Position numbers and translations under genes: made by a program. From Candidatus Bathyarchaeota archaeon (GTDB taxonomy: Archaea; Thermoproteota; Bathyarchaeia; Bathyarchaeales; Bathycorpusculaceae), in contig CAWABA010000007.1 in the NCBI GenBank assembly GCA_963780185.1, positions 64,001-128,000 on the forward strand: DNA of 64,000 nucleotides, written 5' to 3'. Below are positions 10,319 to 19,686 of the stretch, in pieces; the first letter of the stretch is position 1; every line of letters begins with the position of its first letter. The notes beneath the pieces are model-generated. The model saw only the letters and a program-made list of their open reading frames with translations. It made no database searches and was not told the DNA's origin.

Positions 10319-10520
10319 CTACTTCAGCCTTTTCAACTTTGACTTTCTTCTTGAGAAGTTGAGCTTTGACTTCCAAGTAACCTTCTATCGCTTCCTTAAT
10401 GTTCTTTAACGCTTCTTCCCGTGTCTCGCCCTGAGACGCAACTGGAAGCTCAGTAGATTTAACTACAAAGCCCCCTTCTTCGGCGGCTTCAAGCAATACG
10501 GCATATCTACGAGTTGCCAT
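10278..10520 (-). CDS. hicB: HicB family antitoxin
   Basis: YAVLLEAAEEGGFVV..ELPVASQGETREEALKNIKEAIEGYL. Confidence 0.88.
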   Translation of the reverse strand: MATRRYAVLLEAAEEGGFVVKSTELPVASQGETREEALKNIKEAIEGYLEVKAQLLKKKVKVEKAEVVVEAPYALLAENC

Positions 10521-10683
10521 CTGTTCCACCGACATTAACATCAATTGTGAACGATAAGAACCTATCTCAACGCTATAGACGAGACTTTTGCTTGAAATGC
10601 TCAAGTTTTCGGCGTCAATGATAGAATTTTCAAAGCGAAAATAGACATAATTTGACGCCTAAAACTGCGTGATGTTCAATGAC

Positions 10684-10765
10684 TGGCGGGCGGGGAGGGA
10701 TTTGGACCTTCGACCCCAACTCAGACGAATGGTGCTCTATCCAAATTGAGTAGAAAACCAAGCCC
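10684..10765 (-). pseudogene. degenerate tRNA-Arg(TCT)
   Basis: Minus strand: D-arm CTCAATTTGGATAGAG, anticodon arm CCATT-CG-TCT-GA-GTTGG, T-arm GAAGG-TCCAAAT-CCCTC, 3' CCCGCCC-G-CCA; 5' acceptor strand disrupted. Confidence 0.65.
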
Positions 10766-10884
10766 AAAAAACCTAACCTGCCGCCGAGAAAGTCGCAGCG
10801 CCCATACGCGACAATAACTTCAACATAGCGCCCATGTTGAAAGTCGCATTCCGCCCATCCCAAATGGGCAGCCCGCAACACAAT

Positions 10885-10920
10885 TCAAGCCCTAAACCAA
10901 AAAAGCAACCCAAAACACAA
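10885..10920 (+). repeat. dispersed repeat family 1, partial copy B
   Basis: TCAAGCCCTAAACCAAAAAAGCAACCCAAAACA matches the 5' part of the copies at 1010 and 59200. Confidence 0.75.
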
Positions 10921-11086
10921 AAAACCAACGCGGAAAGTCTCAACTTTCACCAAACCAAAAGTCTCAACTTAAAAAAAACAGAAAAACCAAACCACAAAAC
11001 CCAAGAAAAACCCTTCCAAGCAGTTGCAGAAGCAAACTTTGATTAGGGACAGTTACACATACCACTAATTGGCAAGGTGCCTTCAA

Positions 11087-11662
11087 ATGAGTTTATCCCC
11101 TATCAAAAAAGAAATACTGGAAACCCTGTCGCGTAACGACAAAGCAGTGAAAGCTACAGATGTGGCCAAAGAAAGCGGCAAAGACTTCAAGCCAACCATG
11201 ATGCATATCCTGGGACTCGTACGCATGGGATACGTAAACTCACCTGAAAAGGGACTATACGCTGTAACTCAGAAGGGCAGGGAAGCTCTGCAGAACCCAG
11301 AAACCAGCAAAGAAAAAGCTGAGGCGATTCTCTCTTATGCACCGCATGAAAAAGCATTCCACTTCTACGCGGACGTTGGGAAACCGCTCAATCTGCATGC
11401 TCATAACCTTCGGGACTTCGCAAACAAAGTTGAAAGAGCCGACGTAGCATCCGTGCAGTTTCACATGAGACGCGGCGACTTTGAAGCATGGTTCATCGGA
11501 CTCGGAGACGCGGACCTAGCCAAAAAAATTGCTGCTCTGAAAGAGAAAAACGTGGTTGGAGAGGAGCTTCGCAGCCAACTTCACGAAACCGTTGAGCAAC
11601 GATACATAGAACTAGGCAAAGCTGGCAGGCCAAACCATCTGTCCCGAGTAAGCTTGCCCTAA
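11087..11662 (+). CDS. winged-helix plus DUF5752-like domain protein
   Basis: N-terminal wHTH; KAFHFY...HMRRGDFEAWF..LGD; last residues probably frameshifted near 11614. Confidence 0.75.
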   Translation: MSLSPIKKEILETLSRNDKAVKATDVAKESGKDFKPTMMHILGLVRMGYVNSPEKGLYAVTQKGREALQNPETSKEKAEAILSYAPHEKAFHFYADVGKPLNLHAHNLRDFANKVERADVASVQFHMRRGDFEAWFIGLGDADLAKKIAALKEKNVVGEELRSQLHETVEQRYIELGKAGRPNHLSRVSLP

Positions 11663-11825
11663 GTTTTTTCTCTATTGCAGTTAAGCGTTTCTCCAGTTTC
11701 TGGTGTACCTGCTGAATTGTTGTGTACTCTTGGCTGCAAATTCAATTTTTTCGTAAATCCAAGGCTAACTAAGGAAAATATGAAATATGCAGATGCAAAT
11801 ATGAGGTAGCTGAGGGAGCGCCAAG

Positions 11826-12326
11826 TTGAGTGAAGTTAGAACGATTTCGGTGAAGATACCAGAGCAAGTTTACCAGGAGATGGCTCTGCGGATTCCAGAA
11901 GGAGACAGAAGCAGCTTCATCAGGGAAGCCATAAGCGAAAAACTCGAAAAAACCCCCAAAGCAGACAAAGTTTTGGCTTTGGAAGAGCGGATGGGTATGA
12001 TCGAGGGGGAGCTTGGGCAAATAAAAAAGTACCTTGCCGACTTGGAGCTTCTGACGTTTCAGCATGGAAAAACCAACCCGCATAGCTTCTGCCTCGACGA
12101 GGTAGACCACAAAATCATGGAGTACCTCACGCACTACAAAGGCGCAACCACGCCTGAGCTGGCGGAGTACCTGAAAACTAATCGGTGGCTCGTGCTTAAC
12201 CATCTGAGGCGAATCCAGAAAACCTCAAGAAAACAAGCTGGAAAATCCGTCATTGAGTACTATGCGGGGGAACGCTCGGGCAAGAAGAAGGCTTGGTGGG
12301 TAGACGAAGAATTAATCCAGGAATAG
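11826..12326 (+). CDS. RHH (CopG-like) plus winged-helix DNA-binding protein
   Basis: RTISVKIPE...RSSFIREAI, coiled coil, GATTPELAEYLK. Confidence 0.75.
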   Translation: MSEVRTISVKIPEQVYQEMALRIPEGDRSSFIREAISEKLEKTPKADKVLALEERMGMIEGELGQIKKYLADLELLTFQHGKTNPHSFCLDEVDHKIMEYLTHYKGATTPELAEYLKTNRWLVLNHLRRIQKTSRKQAGKSVIEYYAGERSGKKKAWWVDEELIQE

Positions 12327-12378
12327 CCGCGGTTACCTTTAAATTAATTGAATGTTTCGTTTGGTTGTGTGTGGCTGT

Positions 12379-12457
12379 GGGCTCGTAGTCTAGTACGGAT
12401 TAAGGCATCGGCCTCCGGAGCCGAGAATCCTGGGTTCAAATCCCAGCGGGCCCGCCA
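12379..12457 (+). tRNA. tRNA-Arg(CCG), CCA encoded
   Basis: Acceptor GGGCTCG/CGGGCCC, anticodon arm TCGGC-CT-CCG-GA-GCCGA, T-arm CTGGG-TTCAAAT-CCCAG, G73-CCA. Confidence 0.96.
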
Positions 12458-12532
12458 GCTTTTTCTTTAAGCAAAAAATTTGGAGCCGCTTAACACACTG
12501 ACGCATCCTTTGTTCGAATGAATTTTTGCGTT

Positions 12533-13282
12533 TTAGCTCGCAAATTTGCGCCCAAGTCGGTACAGCGTCAGTCCAGTGAGAGCCCACCATGCGAACAGCA
12601 ATATCCCGCCGACAATAGCAAACGCTGCCAGCCACGCATTGTTCGTTGACGCGAGGGCTAAGCTGATGTAGTTGCCGAGTACGAGGATGTTCCCGGCAAG
12701 CCCCAAGTAAGCGGTTGCTTTGTTGAAGACGTTGCCCCGAAGCATCGCAACTGACACGATCAAGCCTGCGATGACTACGAGGAAGAAACCCATGCTATAG
12801 AAAAGGCCATACTGGCTTACTGAATTTAGCGCTTGCCCCGACTCCAAAAAGGCTGTTCTTTGAGATTCAGTTGTTGCTGCTGCGTACAGGTCGCTGAGGT
12901 AAAGCATGGCGAGGGCTGAGTTCGTTGCCCAGTATGAGGCTATACCCGCAAACACGAAGGGTACAGCGACGGCAACATGTTTTTCATGGGTTCTTCTTAG
13001 GGCAAAGAAGAGTGCAACAAACATTGGTCCGAGGAGAGCTACTATGACAGCATCCAAGACTGCATAATCCAGCAGCCCTAAGATTCTGTTGTTCTCGAAA
13101 AGCGTGAACCAGCCGAGCACTGTCGTGGGAGGCGGCCAAATCGTCACAACGACGAATTCGAATATCACTATAGCCACCGCACCAAAGGCTGCAACTCCCC
13201 CAACCAAATATATCCCCTGCCGCCGAGGATCAACCGTTTCAAAACATTCATCGTTAAGTCTGCTTTCTTCAAGTTTTTTCAT
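12533..13282 (-). CDS. DUF4386-like multi-pass membrane protein
   Basis: WPPPTTV.GWF.LF.NNR.LGL, MLYLSDLYAAATTE; paralog of the next gene. Confidence 0.75.
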   Translation of the reverse strand: MKKLEESRLNDECFETVDPRRQGIYLVGGVAAFGAVAIVIFEFVVVTIWPPPTTVLGWFTLFENNRILGLLDYAVLDAVIVALLGPMFVALFFALRRTHEKHVAVAVPFVFAGIASYWATNSALAMLYLSDLYAAATTESQRTAFLESGQALNSVSQYGLFYSMGFFLVVIAGLIVSVAMLRGNVFNKATAYLGLAGNILVLGNYISLALASTNNAWLAAFAIVGGILLFAWWALTGLTLYRLGRKFAS

Positions 13283-14058
13283 TGCAGTTTCACCTCTGCC
13301 TTGATCGTCGCCGATTTCTTGATTTCCTCGCCCTCACGATTCAGGTTGAACAGTCTCAGCGCAAACAAGATCAACCAAGCCTCCAAAAACAAGAAAGAGA
13401 CACCAATGGCTACGATCTCGGCTGTGTCCGATAGGAACGCCACTGCAATTGATCCTAACGCGACTGTGTTCGCCATGATTCCCGCGAACCCGACTGGCTT
13501 ACTGAAGATGCCGCTGCGTATCATGACAACGGAAATTATTATTCCCCAGACCGAGAAGAAGATGTAACCCAAATAATCATTCGTAACGTTGAACAGAGTG
13601 AACAGGGCTTGCCCTGCAGCTAGATAAATGGTTTTCTGCGCCTCTGTCGTGGCAGCTGCATACTGGTTGCTTAGAGAAAGCATGCAAAACGCGGTATTTG
13701 ATACCAAGTAAATGGTGTTGCCCGTGAAGGCAACAGCGGTGGCTATTGTCATCCATGATCGGCTGATTCGTCTAAGGGCAACGTAAAGGGCAAGGAAGAC
13801 GGGGATGAAAAAGACAAAACCAATTAGATCCAAGAGATAATAATCGAAAAGCCCGAGAAGTCTGTTGTTTTGAAAGAGTGCAAAGTACCCTATTACTGTC
13901 GTCGGAGGGAACCAAATGGAAAAGCCGATAGTTTCAATTAGCCACAAAACAAATATTGTTAAGGCGGCTATTGCCCCAATTTTGTAGAGGCTTCTCCACT
14001 CGGAATCAACTGGCGGGCTATCCATTTTTTCAAGTCGAATGCCTTTTATTATTTTCAT
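13279..14058 (-). CDS. DUF4386-like multi-pass membrane protein
   Basis: WFPPTTVIGYF.LFQNNR, MLSLSNQYAAATTE; tandem paralog. Confidence 0.75.
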   Translation of the reverse strand: MKIIKGIRLEKMDSPPVDSEWRSLYKIGAIAALTIFVLWLIETIGFSIWFPPTTVIGYFALFQNNRLLGLFDYYLLDLIGFVFFIPVFLALYVALRRISRSWMTIATAVAFTGNTIYLVSNTAFCMLSLSNQYAAATTEAQKTIYLAAGQALFTLFNVTNDYLGYIFFSVWGIIISVVMIRSGIFSKPVGFAGIMANTVALGSIAVAFLSDTAEIVAIGVSFLFLEAWLILFALRLFNLNREGEEIKKSATIKAEVKLQ

Positions 14059-14308
14059 TCTTGATTCTCCTTTTCGACAGGTGGAACTGTTTCTTGATTT
14101 CTTCCTCATGGAGGTTTATTCTCAACGAACCTTTTGTTCCAAGAACTTCCAAGATTTCGCCTTCAGCAAAAGTAGCCTCTGCCAGTTTGCCCAATGTCCC
14201 TTCCAAGAGAACGGTATCTGAAGGGCCGTTGGACAAGTTGACATTTCTGAGCTGAGCCTTTGATTTGAGCTCAATTGAGAAGTTACGTTCCTGTTCAACT
14301 GGTTCCAT
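14030..14308 (-). CDS. small beta-rich hypothetical protein
   Basis: FSIELKSK..LRNV...LLEGTLG...ILEVLG..GSLRINL; first gene of the operon. Confidence 0.65.
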   Translation of the reverse strand: MEPVEQERNFSIELKSKAQLRNVNLSNGPSDTVLLEGTLGKLAEATFAEGEILEVLGTKGSLRINLHEEEIKKQFHLSKRRIKNENNKRHST

Positions 14309-14412
14309 TTTTCTTCGCCATCTATTTTCCTATCTTCGACAGAGCAGATTAGTTTTATTTGCTCGTAATGTGCAATTGTACACAGCGATGTTAACACTTT
14401 CAGGTGGCAGTG

Positions 14413-15149
14413 ATGGAAAATCCAGAAGGAATAGAAAAGCTCTACTTTGAGCTTGCAAGCGAGAGCAGACTAAGCGTACTGCGACAGATAAACAAACATG
14501 AAAGCAAAATGAGGGAGTGCTCGCTAAGAAACTCGATTTGAACACTACTGAGACTTTTCGGCAACTGCAACGCTTGAAAGAAGCTCTGCTCATTGAGAAA
14601 AAACCTGAAGGCACGTACGGCATCACAGAGTACGGGAGAATTGTTTTGCAGCTTTCATCATCCTACGAATTCATCTTCAAAAATAAGGCGTACTTTGTGA
14701 CCCATGACTTTAGGTGGCTTCCATATCAATACCTTTACAGAATAGGAGAACTTAATTCGGCGGCTCTATTCAGCGACACTGTAGCGAACATAAACACGGT
14801 TTTAGACTTAACGAAAGCGGGGCAGTACATGTGGGGAGGCGGCCCCGAACAGCCCCTCAACCTAAGACCGATACTTCTTGAAAACATCTCTAAAGGAGCC
14901 ACTTACAGGTTCCTTTTTCCCAAACGATTCATCGCCGCAAGAAAGCCCGAAACGGCAGCAGCAATTGAGTGGAGAAGCGTCGAAGACCTCCCAGCCAGTA
15001 TCATATTGACTGAAAAAGGAGCTGGCATATGCTTCCCTCTGGTCGGGGGAAAAGTAGATTACGCGGGTTTCGGAGGGCAAGACCCAGTGTTCATGAACTG
15101 GGTAAAAGACCTTTTCTTGTATTACTGGGAAAAGGCACAGAAAACTTAA
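14413..15149 (+). CDS. ArsR-like wHTH transcriptional regulator (frameshift near 14517)
   Basis: MENPEGIEKLYFELASESRLSVL from ATG 14413 joins LAKKLDL..TETFRQLQRL after a frame change; C-terminus WVKDLFLYYWEKA. Confidence 0.75.
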
Positions 15150-15185
15150 GCGCTCAAAACTGAGTCAAAAATTCGCTTAAGCTCG

Positions 15186-15202
15186 TCCCAGCGGGCTCGC
15201 CA
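15186..15202 (+). repeat. copy of tRNA-Arg 3' end (att-like site 2)
   Basis: TCCCAGCGGGCTCGCCA vs tRNA 12441-12457 TCCCAGCGGGCCCGCCA, 16/17. Confidence 0.8.
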
Positions 15203-15254
15203 ACTACCGTTTTCCAAGAAAATAAGGTAATAGTTGAGGGCTATTTGGTCTTTT

Positions 15255-16284
15255 TTATGCAAGCAAGTGACTTATCACGGTGAGGATTGTGTTTGAGGGT
15301 ACTGCGAAGCCGAGTCCGTCTGAGTTGCTAACGATTGCGGTTGTCATGCCGATTACTTGTCCGCCATAGGTCATTAGTGGGCCGCCTGAGTTGCCTGAGT
15401 TTATGGGTGCGCTGGTCTGTATGAGACCTGTCATGTCATAGGCGCTGCCTGAGTCTTGTGTGACGGTTATGGTGCGGTTAAGTGAACTGATTATGCCTGT
15501 TGTCATTGTTCCTGTCAGTCCGTATGGGCTGCCTATTGCTACTACTGCGTCGCCTACCTCAAGAGTTGATGAGCTTGCGATTTCTAGTGGATGGTATTCG
15601 CTTTCGGGGGCGCTACATGAGAGTACTGCGATGTCTGTGGTTGAGTCTGCGCCTAGGACTTTGGCGTTATACTTGTTTCCGTCTGTGAATGTTACTGTTA
15701 TGGTGGTTGCGCTTTCGATTACGTGATGGTTCGTGATGATGACCATTTCTCCGTTATATTGGTAGACGAATCCTGACCCTTGTACTATTTCGGTTGTTGC
15801 TGTTTGTCCGCCCCATGGAATGGAAGTGGATTCGGTGATAGTGCATTTTATTGTAACGACTGCGTTTTCTACTTCTGCGTATAGGGCTGAAAGTGATGTG
15901 CTTGTGGTGTTTACGTATGCAGCGGTTGTGACGTCGTTTGCGGTTGCTGCGGATTGCAGGGTACTTATTTCGCTTTGAAGTGAGGTTACTTGCACGTTTA
16001 GGGTGTATACGCTGTATATGCTAATTGCGCTGACGAAGCTTGCAGCTAATGAGTACTATCAGCAGGATTGCTGGTAGGGCGTGTTTGCGAGTCTGTTTTG
16101 TGGGGCTATGCTGTGGTTGTGTTGTTGTGTATGCGGGTGAATGTTCTGGTGGCGTTGGTGGCGCTTGTATAGTTAGGCTATTTTCTGGAGTTGATGGCTC
16201 TGGCGGAGCTGGCGAGGTCTCTGTAACTTCCTGTGTTTGTAGGGTTTGTGGAGTTTCGGTTTGTGTTTCGGGTGTTGATTCCAT
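15255..16284 (-). CDS. membrane-anchored trypsin-like (HtrA/S1C) serine protease, no PDZ (frameshift near 16048)
   Basis: GSGF, TNHHV, DIAVL, GNSGGPL; Pro/Thr-rich N-terminus and TM lie in upstream ORF 16021-16293. Confidence 0.85.
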
Positions 16285-16505
16285 TTCTTGCACCTCCCAT
16301 TACTTTTGTTTTTGATCCAAACTTACCTGAGTGAAATGTTATTAAGGAATTTTCCAACATTGCATCCCACTCTCGTCCAGAACAATGGCAAATTATGCCC
16401 AAATTAAACCGCAAAAAACAGAAACCTAAAAAGTGTAGTGACCCAATCGGCTTCACCATTCGTTTTGTCCCTATTTCTAGACAGATTCGCTTAATATTTT
16501 AAACG

Positions 16506-16527
16506 AATCCCAGCAGCGGGCCCGCCA
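16506..16527 (+). repeat. copy of tRNA-Arg 3' end (att-like site 3)
   Basis: AATCCCAG(CAG)CGGGCCCGCCA = tRNA 3' 19 nt with a 3-nt duplication. Confidence 0.8.
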
Positions 16528-16640
16528 CCTGCTTTTAGATGAAAAGGAACTTCTATTTTACTACTTTAGAAAGGTGCCTCAAGCCCAGCGTTAAGCTCCT
16601 CCTCAACCAAAACTTTTCTGGGAGACGCTTAATCCAAGTC

Positions 16641-16752
16641 TATTTGGCTCTGCTAGATGCTTCTATTTGGTTCCTATAGGAAACCGTAGGGGGCTGGGTA
16701 CGAAAAAAGAAAACTCACAGGGCGGGCTAAGCAATTGTTGTTGATGATGGAG
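16641..16752 (+). repeat. dispersed repeat family 2, copy A
   Basis: First 52 nt match the reverse complement of 31387-31438 at 47/52; also shares ACGAAAAAAGAAAA, GCTAAGC and TTGTTGTTGATGATG. Confidence 0.85.
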
Positions 16753-16782
16753 CATTTTTGGTTAATTGAACGTGCGGCTAAC

Positions 16783-19173
16783 TCAATCATTTTTGGGATT
16801 TAGTTTAGGGTAGCGTTTTAGGGTTTTCTCCACCACTAGGTACAGAAGAGCGGCGATGGCTAGGGCGAACGCTGGAAAAACAGGCATAATATACCAGTAA
16901 ATCTTTGTTTGCGCCAAACTGAACACCAAAAGCACGATTGCCATCCACAGGAAAACCAGTGTGTCCTGTTTTCTGCGTTTGATGAAGGCTCCGTAGGCGC
17001 AAAGTCCTGCGGCGAAGGGCAACAATGCGAGCCATAGCCAGTTTTCGTGGTAAACGATGTAGCTCAGGTAGAAGAGGTAGCTTGTAACGTGACCCTCAAT
17101 GGAGCCGGCTGACCGTGTAACGTCGGCGTAGATGAAGTACCACTGCCAAAACTGATTCCCAAAACGGGACGCCATGTAGATTAGCCAAGGTGAAAAGAGC
17201 AGAACTCCCACTCCCCAGAAAAGGGTAAAGGTCTTCGTGAATAGAAAACGCAGGCTTTTCTTTGTCGCAAGCAAATAAGCGAAAATGATTAGCGGAATTA
17301 GAAGTGCTGCAATCTGTTTTGTCATCAGCGCCAACCCGAAAAACAAGCCGCCTAAAACCGCGTATCGAAGGGAGTTTTCTTTTTCTTCGCTTAAAACAAA
17401 AAAGTAGATGCTTGCTACGACGAAACAGGTTAACGGGACATCAGTCATGGCGTATCTTACAAAAGTGTTGTAGGTTAGGAAGGTGCCTAAAACAATCGCC
17501 GACATGAATCCGACGGGGCGGTTGTAGAGTTTCTTTCCCAAATAGTAGATGAGAACTAGGGATAGGGCGCCGAATCCAGCGGTCCAAATCCTGGAGGCAA
17601 AGTTGGTGACGCCGAAGGCTTGGTAGCTAAGAGACATCAGCCACATCAAAAACGGCGGCTTCCCAATCACGAAGGAAAGGTCGCCGTAAGCCCAAGGCGT
17701 AAAGTAATCGCCAGTCTTCAACATGTGAAAAGCCCACTGCGAATACGTCTGCTCATCAGCAGTCTGAAGAACCCCGCTTCCCAAATTAATGAAGAAAACC
17801 GCTGAAAACGCGAGAATTGCCAAAATGAAAACGGCGTCAGTGTGTCTCTGGAGCCAAGACTGATTTTCCTTAAAGATGCCACTCGATTCATTTTTTTGGT
17901 TTTGCCTTCTATCAAAATAAACGTATCGCACTAAGACAAAAATGGTGATAGCTGCTATGGCGCAGGCGATGGCGTCGAACGCAACCGTCGTCAGAGATAT
18001 CGAGTTGGCGGATGATGGAAGCTGAAGGGGACTTGTCGAGTTTGTTAAGGCTAAGGCGTAGACTTTGGCGTCGTCGGAACCTATGTATAAAATGTTGTTT
18101 GCGATCGCGGGTGAGGATTCTATGATGTTGCCCGTTTGGTAACGCCATTCTTTGGCTCCTGTTTGGGCGTTGAAGCAGTAGATGATGCCGTCTTGGGAGC
18201 CCACGTAAACGTTGCCGCCTGCCACCGCCGGGGAAGATGTGACCCAGTAGCCAGTTGGGCTCTGCCAGATTTTGCCGCCTGTTGACGCGTTGAGGCAGTA
18301 GACGTAACTGTCATCGGATCCCACGTAGACGCAGCCGTAGGCGACCGCGGGGGAAGATTCAACTTCGTCGGCTGTTCGGTACTTCCAAACCTGTGCGCCT
18401 GTGGAAGCGTTCAAAGCGCAGATGTAGCCATCGTAGGAGCCGATGTAGACGTAGCCGTTGTCGACAGCGGGGGAAGAAGAGTCAGACGTTCGAACGTGGT
18501 AACTCCAAATCTTGACGCCGCTGGACGCGTTGAAAGCGTAGATGTGGCCGTCCTTGCTGGCTATGTATACTGCTCCGTTTGCGACTGCAGGGGATGAATT
18601 CATCGGGTTCAGATTTGCAACATTCCAAATCGTGTTTCCATTTGTAGCGTTCAAGGCGTAGAGGTTGTTGTAGGAATCTATGTAGACTACGCCGTCCACG
18701 ACTGTTGGGGAAGGCCGCACGGTGCTTCCGATTGGTGTTCGCCAAAGCAGGGTTCCAGTCATGATGTTTAGGCAGTAGAGGTAGCCGTCGTCGGCGCCGA
18801 CGTAGACGCTGTAGTTGTAGATGGCTGGTGACGACCACACTTCATAGTGAGTTGGGTACTTCCAAATCACCGCTCCATTGGAAGCGTTGAAACACCAAAC
18901 TTGGCTATCCCTTGACCCGACAACAACGAGGCCATACGCAAAAGCGGGAGAAGACTGAACCATCCTACCAGTTGTATAATTCCAAAGCAACTGGGCAGAA
19001 TTCGCCGAGGATGCCTCAGCTGTGAAGCCGCTGTGGGTTGGGTCCTCGCGAAACATCGGCCACCCGCCAGAGGAACCTGCGTTGGCTGAGTTCCCTAAAG
19101 CCGCCGACATGCTACAGGCTTGAATTAGAATAAAAAACATCAGCGCGATGATCAGCCAACAGCGTTTCTGCAT
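16783..19173 (-). CDS. PQQ/BamB-like beta-propeller fused to ArnT/PMT-like GT-C glycosyltransferase
   Basis: Signal peptide, WPMFR, about 8 SSPAV..G.VYVGS.D..YC.NA.TG...W repeats, TM; then DEQTY, KPPFLMW, ALMTK. Confidence 0.85.
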   Translation of the reverse strand: MQKRCWLIIALMFFILIQACSMSAALGNSANAGSSGGWPMFREDPTHSGFTAEASSANSAQLLWNYTTGRMVQSSPAFAYGLVVVGSRDSQVWCFNASNGAVIWKYPTHYEVWSSPAIYNYSVYVGADDGYLYCLNIMTGTLLWRTPIGSTVRPSPTVVDGVVYIDSYNNLYALNATNGNTIWNVANLNPMNSSPAVANGAVYIASKDGHIYAFNASSGVKIWSYHVRTSDSSSPAVDNGYVYIGSYDGYICALNASTGAQVWKYRTADEVESSPAVAYGCVYVGSDDSYVYCLNASTGGKIWQSPTGYWVTSSPAVAGGNVYVGSQDGIIYCFNAQTGAKEWRYQTGNIIESSPAIANNILYIGSDDAKVYALALTNSTSPLQLPSSANSISLTTVAFDAIACAIAAITIFVLVRYVYFDRRQNQKNESSGIFKENQSWLQRHTDAVFILAILAFSAVFFINLGSGVLQTADEQTYSQWAFHMLKTGDYFTPWAYGDLSFVIGKPPFLMWLMSLSYQAFGVTNFASRIWTAGFGALSLVLIYYLGKKLYNRPVGFMSAIVLGTFLTYNTFVRYAMTDVPLTCFVVASIYFFVLSEEKENSLRYAVLGGLFFGLALMTKQIAALLIPLIIFAYLLATKKSLRFLFTKTFTLFWGVGVLLFSPWLIYMASRFGNQFWQWYFIYADVTRSAGSIEGHVTSYLFYLSYIVYHENWLWLALLPFAAGLCAYGAFIKRRKQDTLVFLWMAIVLLVFSLAQTKIYWYIMPVFPAFALAIAALLYLVVEKTLKRYPKLNPKND

Positions 19174-19357
19174 TGCTATCCTTACAAGACACCGCTATAA
19201 GACCATATAAAAGTAGTTGGAATTCAAAGGCAAAGTCTGCCCGCCATAATTTTGCAAGTCTTAGGTGTTATGCTCGGATGTTGTTGCAGTTTGAGACAAC
19301 AAGTCTTGAAATATTACCTTAGCGATTGGTGTGATAAACCCTAGAAAGTGTGCCTGC

Positions 19358-19483
19358 ATGGTTAGCTGTCAAAACTGCGGTAAGAACCTTACCAAGCCTG
19401 AAAGAAAAATTGAGAACAAAGTCTTTTGCGTGGAACTTTACAGCTGTGACAGGTGCGGCTTCAAGTTCAAGGTAGCCTACTAA
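19358..19483 (+). CDS. 41-aa zinc-ribbon protein
   Basis: MVSCQNCGKNLTKPERK...LYSCDRCGFKFKVAY; below ORF track cutoff. Confidence 0.7.
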   Translation: MVSCQNCGKNLTKPERKIENKVFCVELYSCDRCGFKFKVAY

Positions 19484-19686
19484 ACGGTTTTATCTTTTGC
19501 TTTTGGCCTGTAAATTATTACTTTTCCGTTTTCCCGCTTCAGCGTTGAATCATGTTTTTTAGCAAGGGCTTGAATCTGCCGCTTGGTTTGCCTGTCGAGG
19601 ACGGTTTTGATTTGGACTGGGTAGCCTGCTCAATGACCTGCCAGCCAAACGTAAAAAATCAAGAAAAACCCAAAAACCACTGAATT

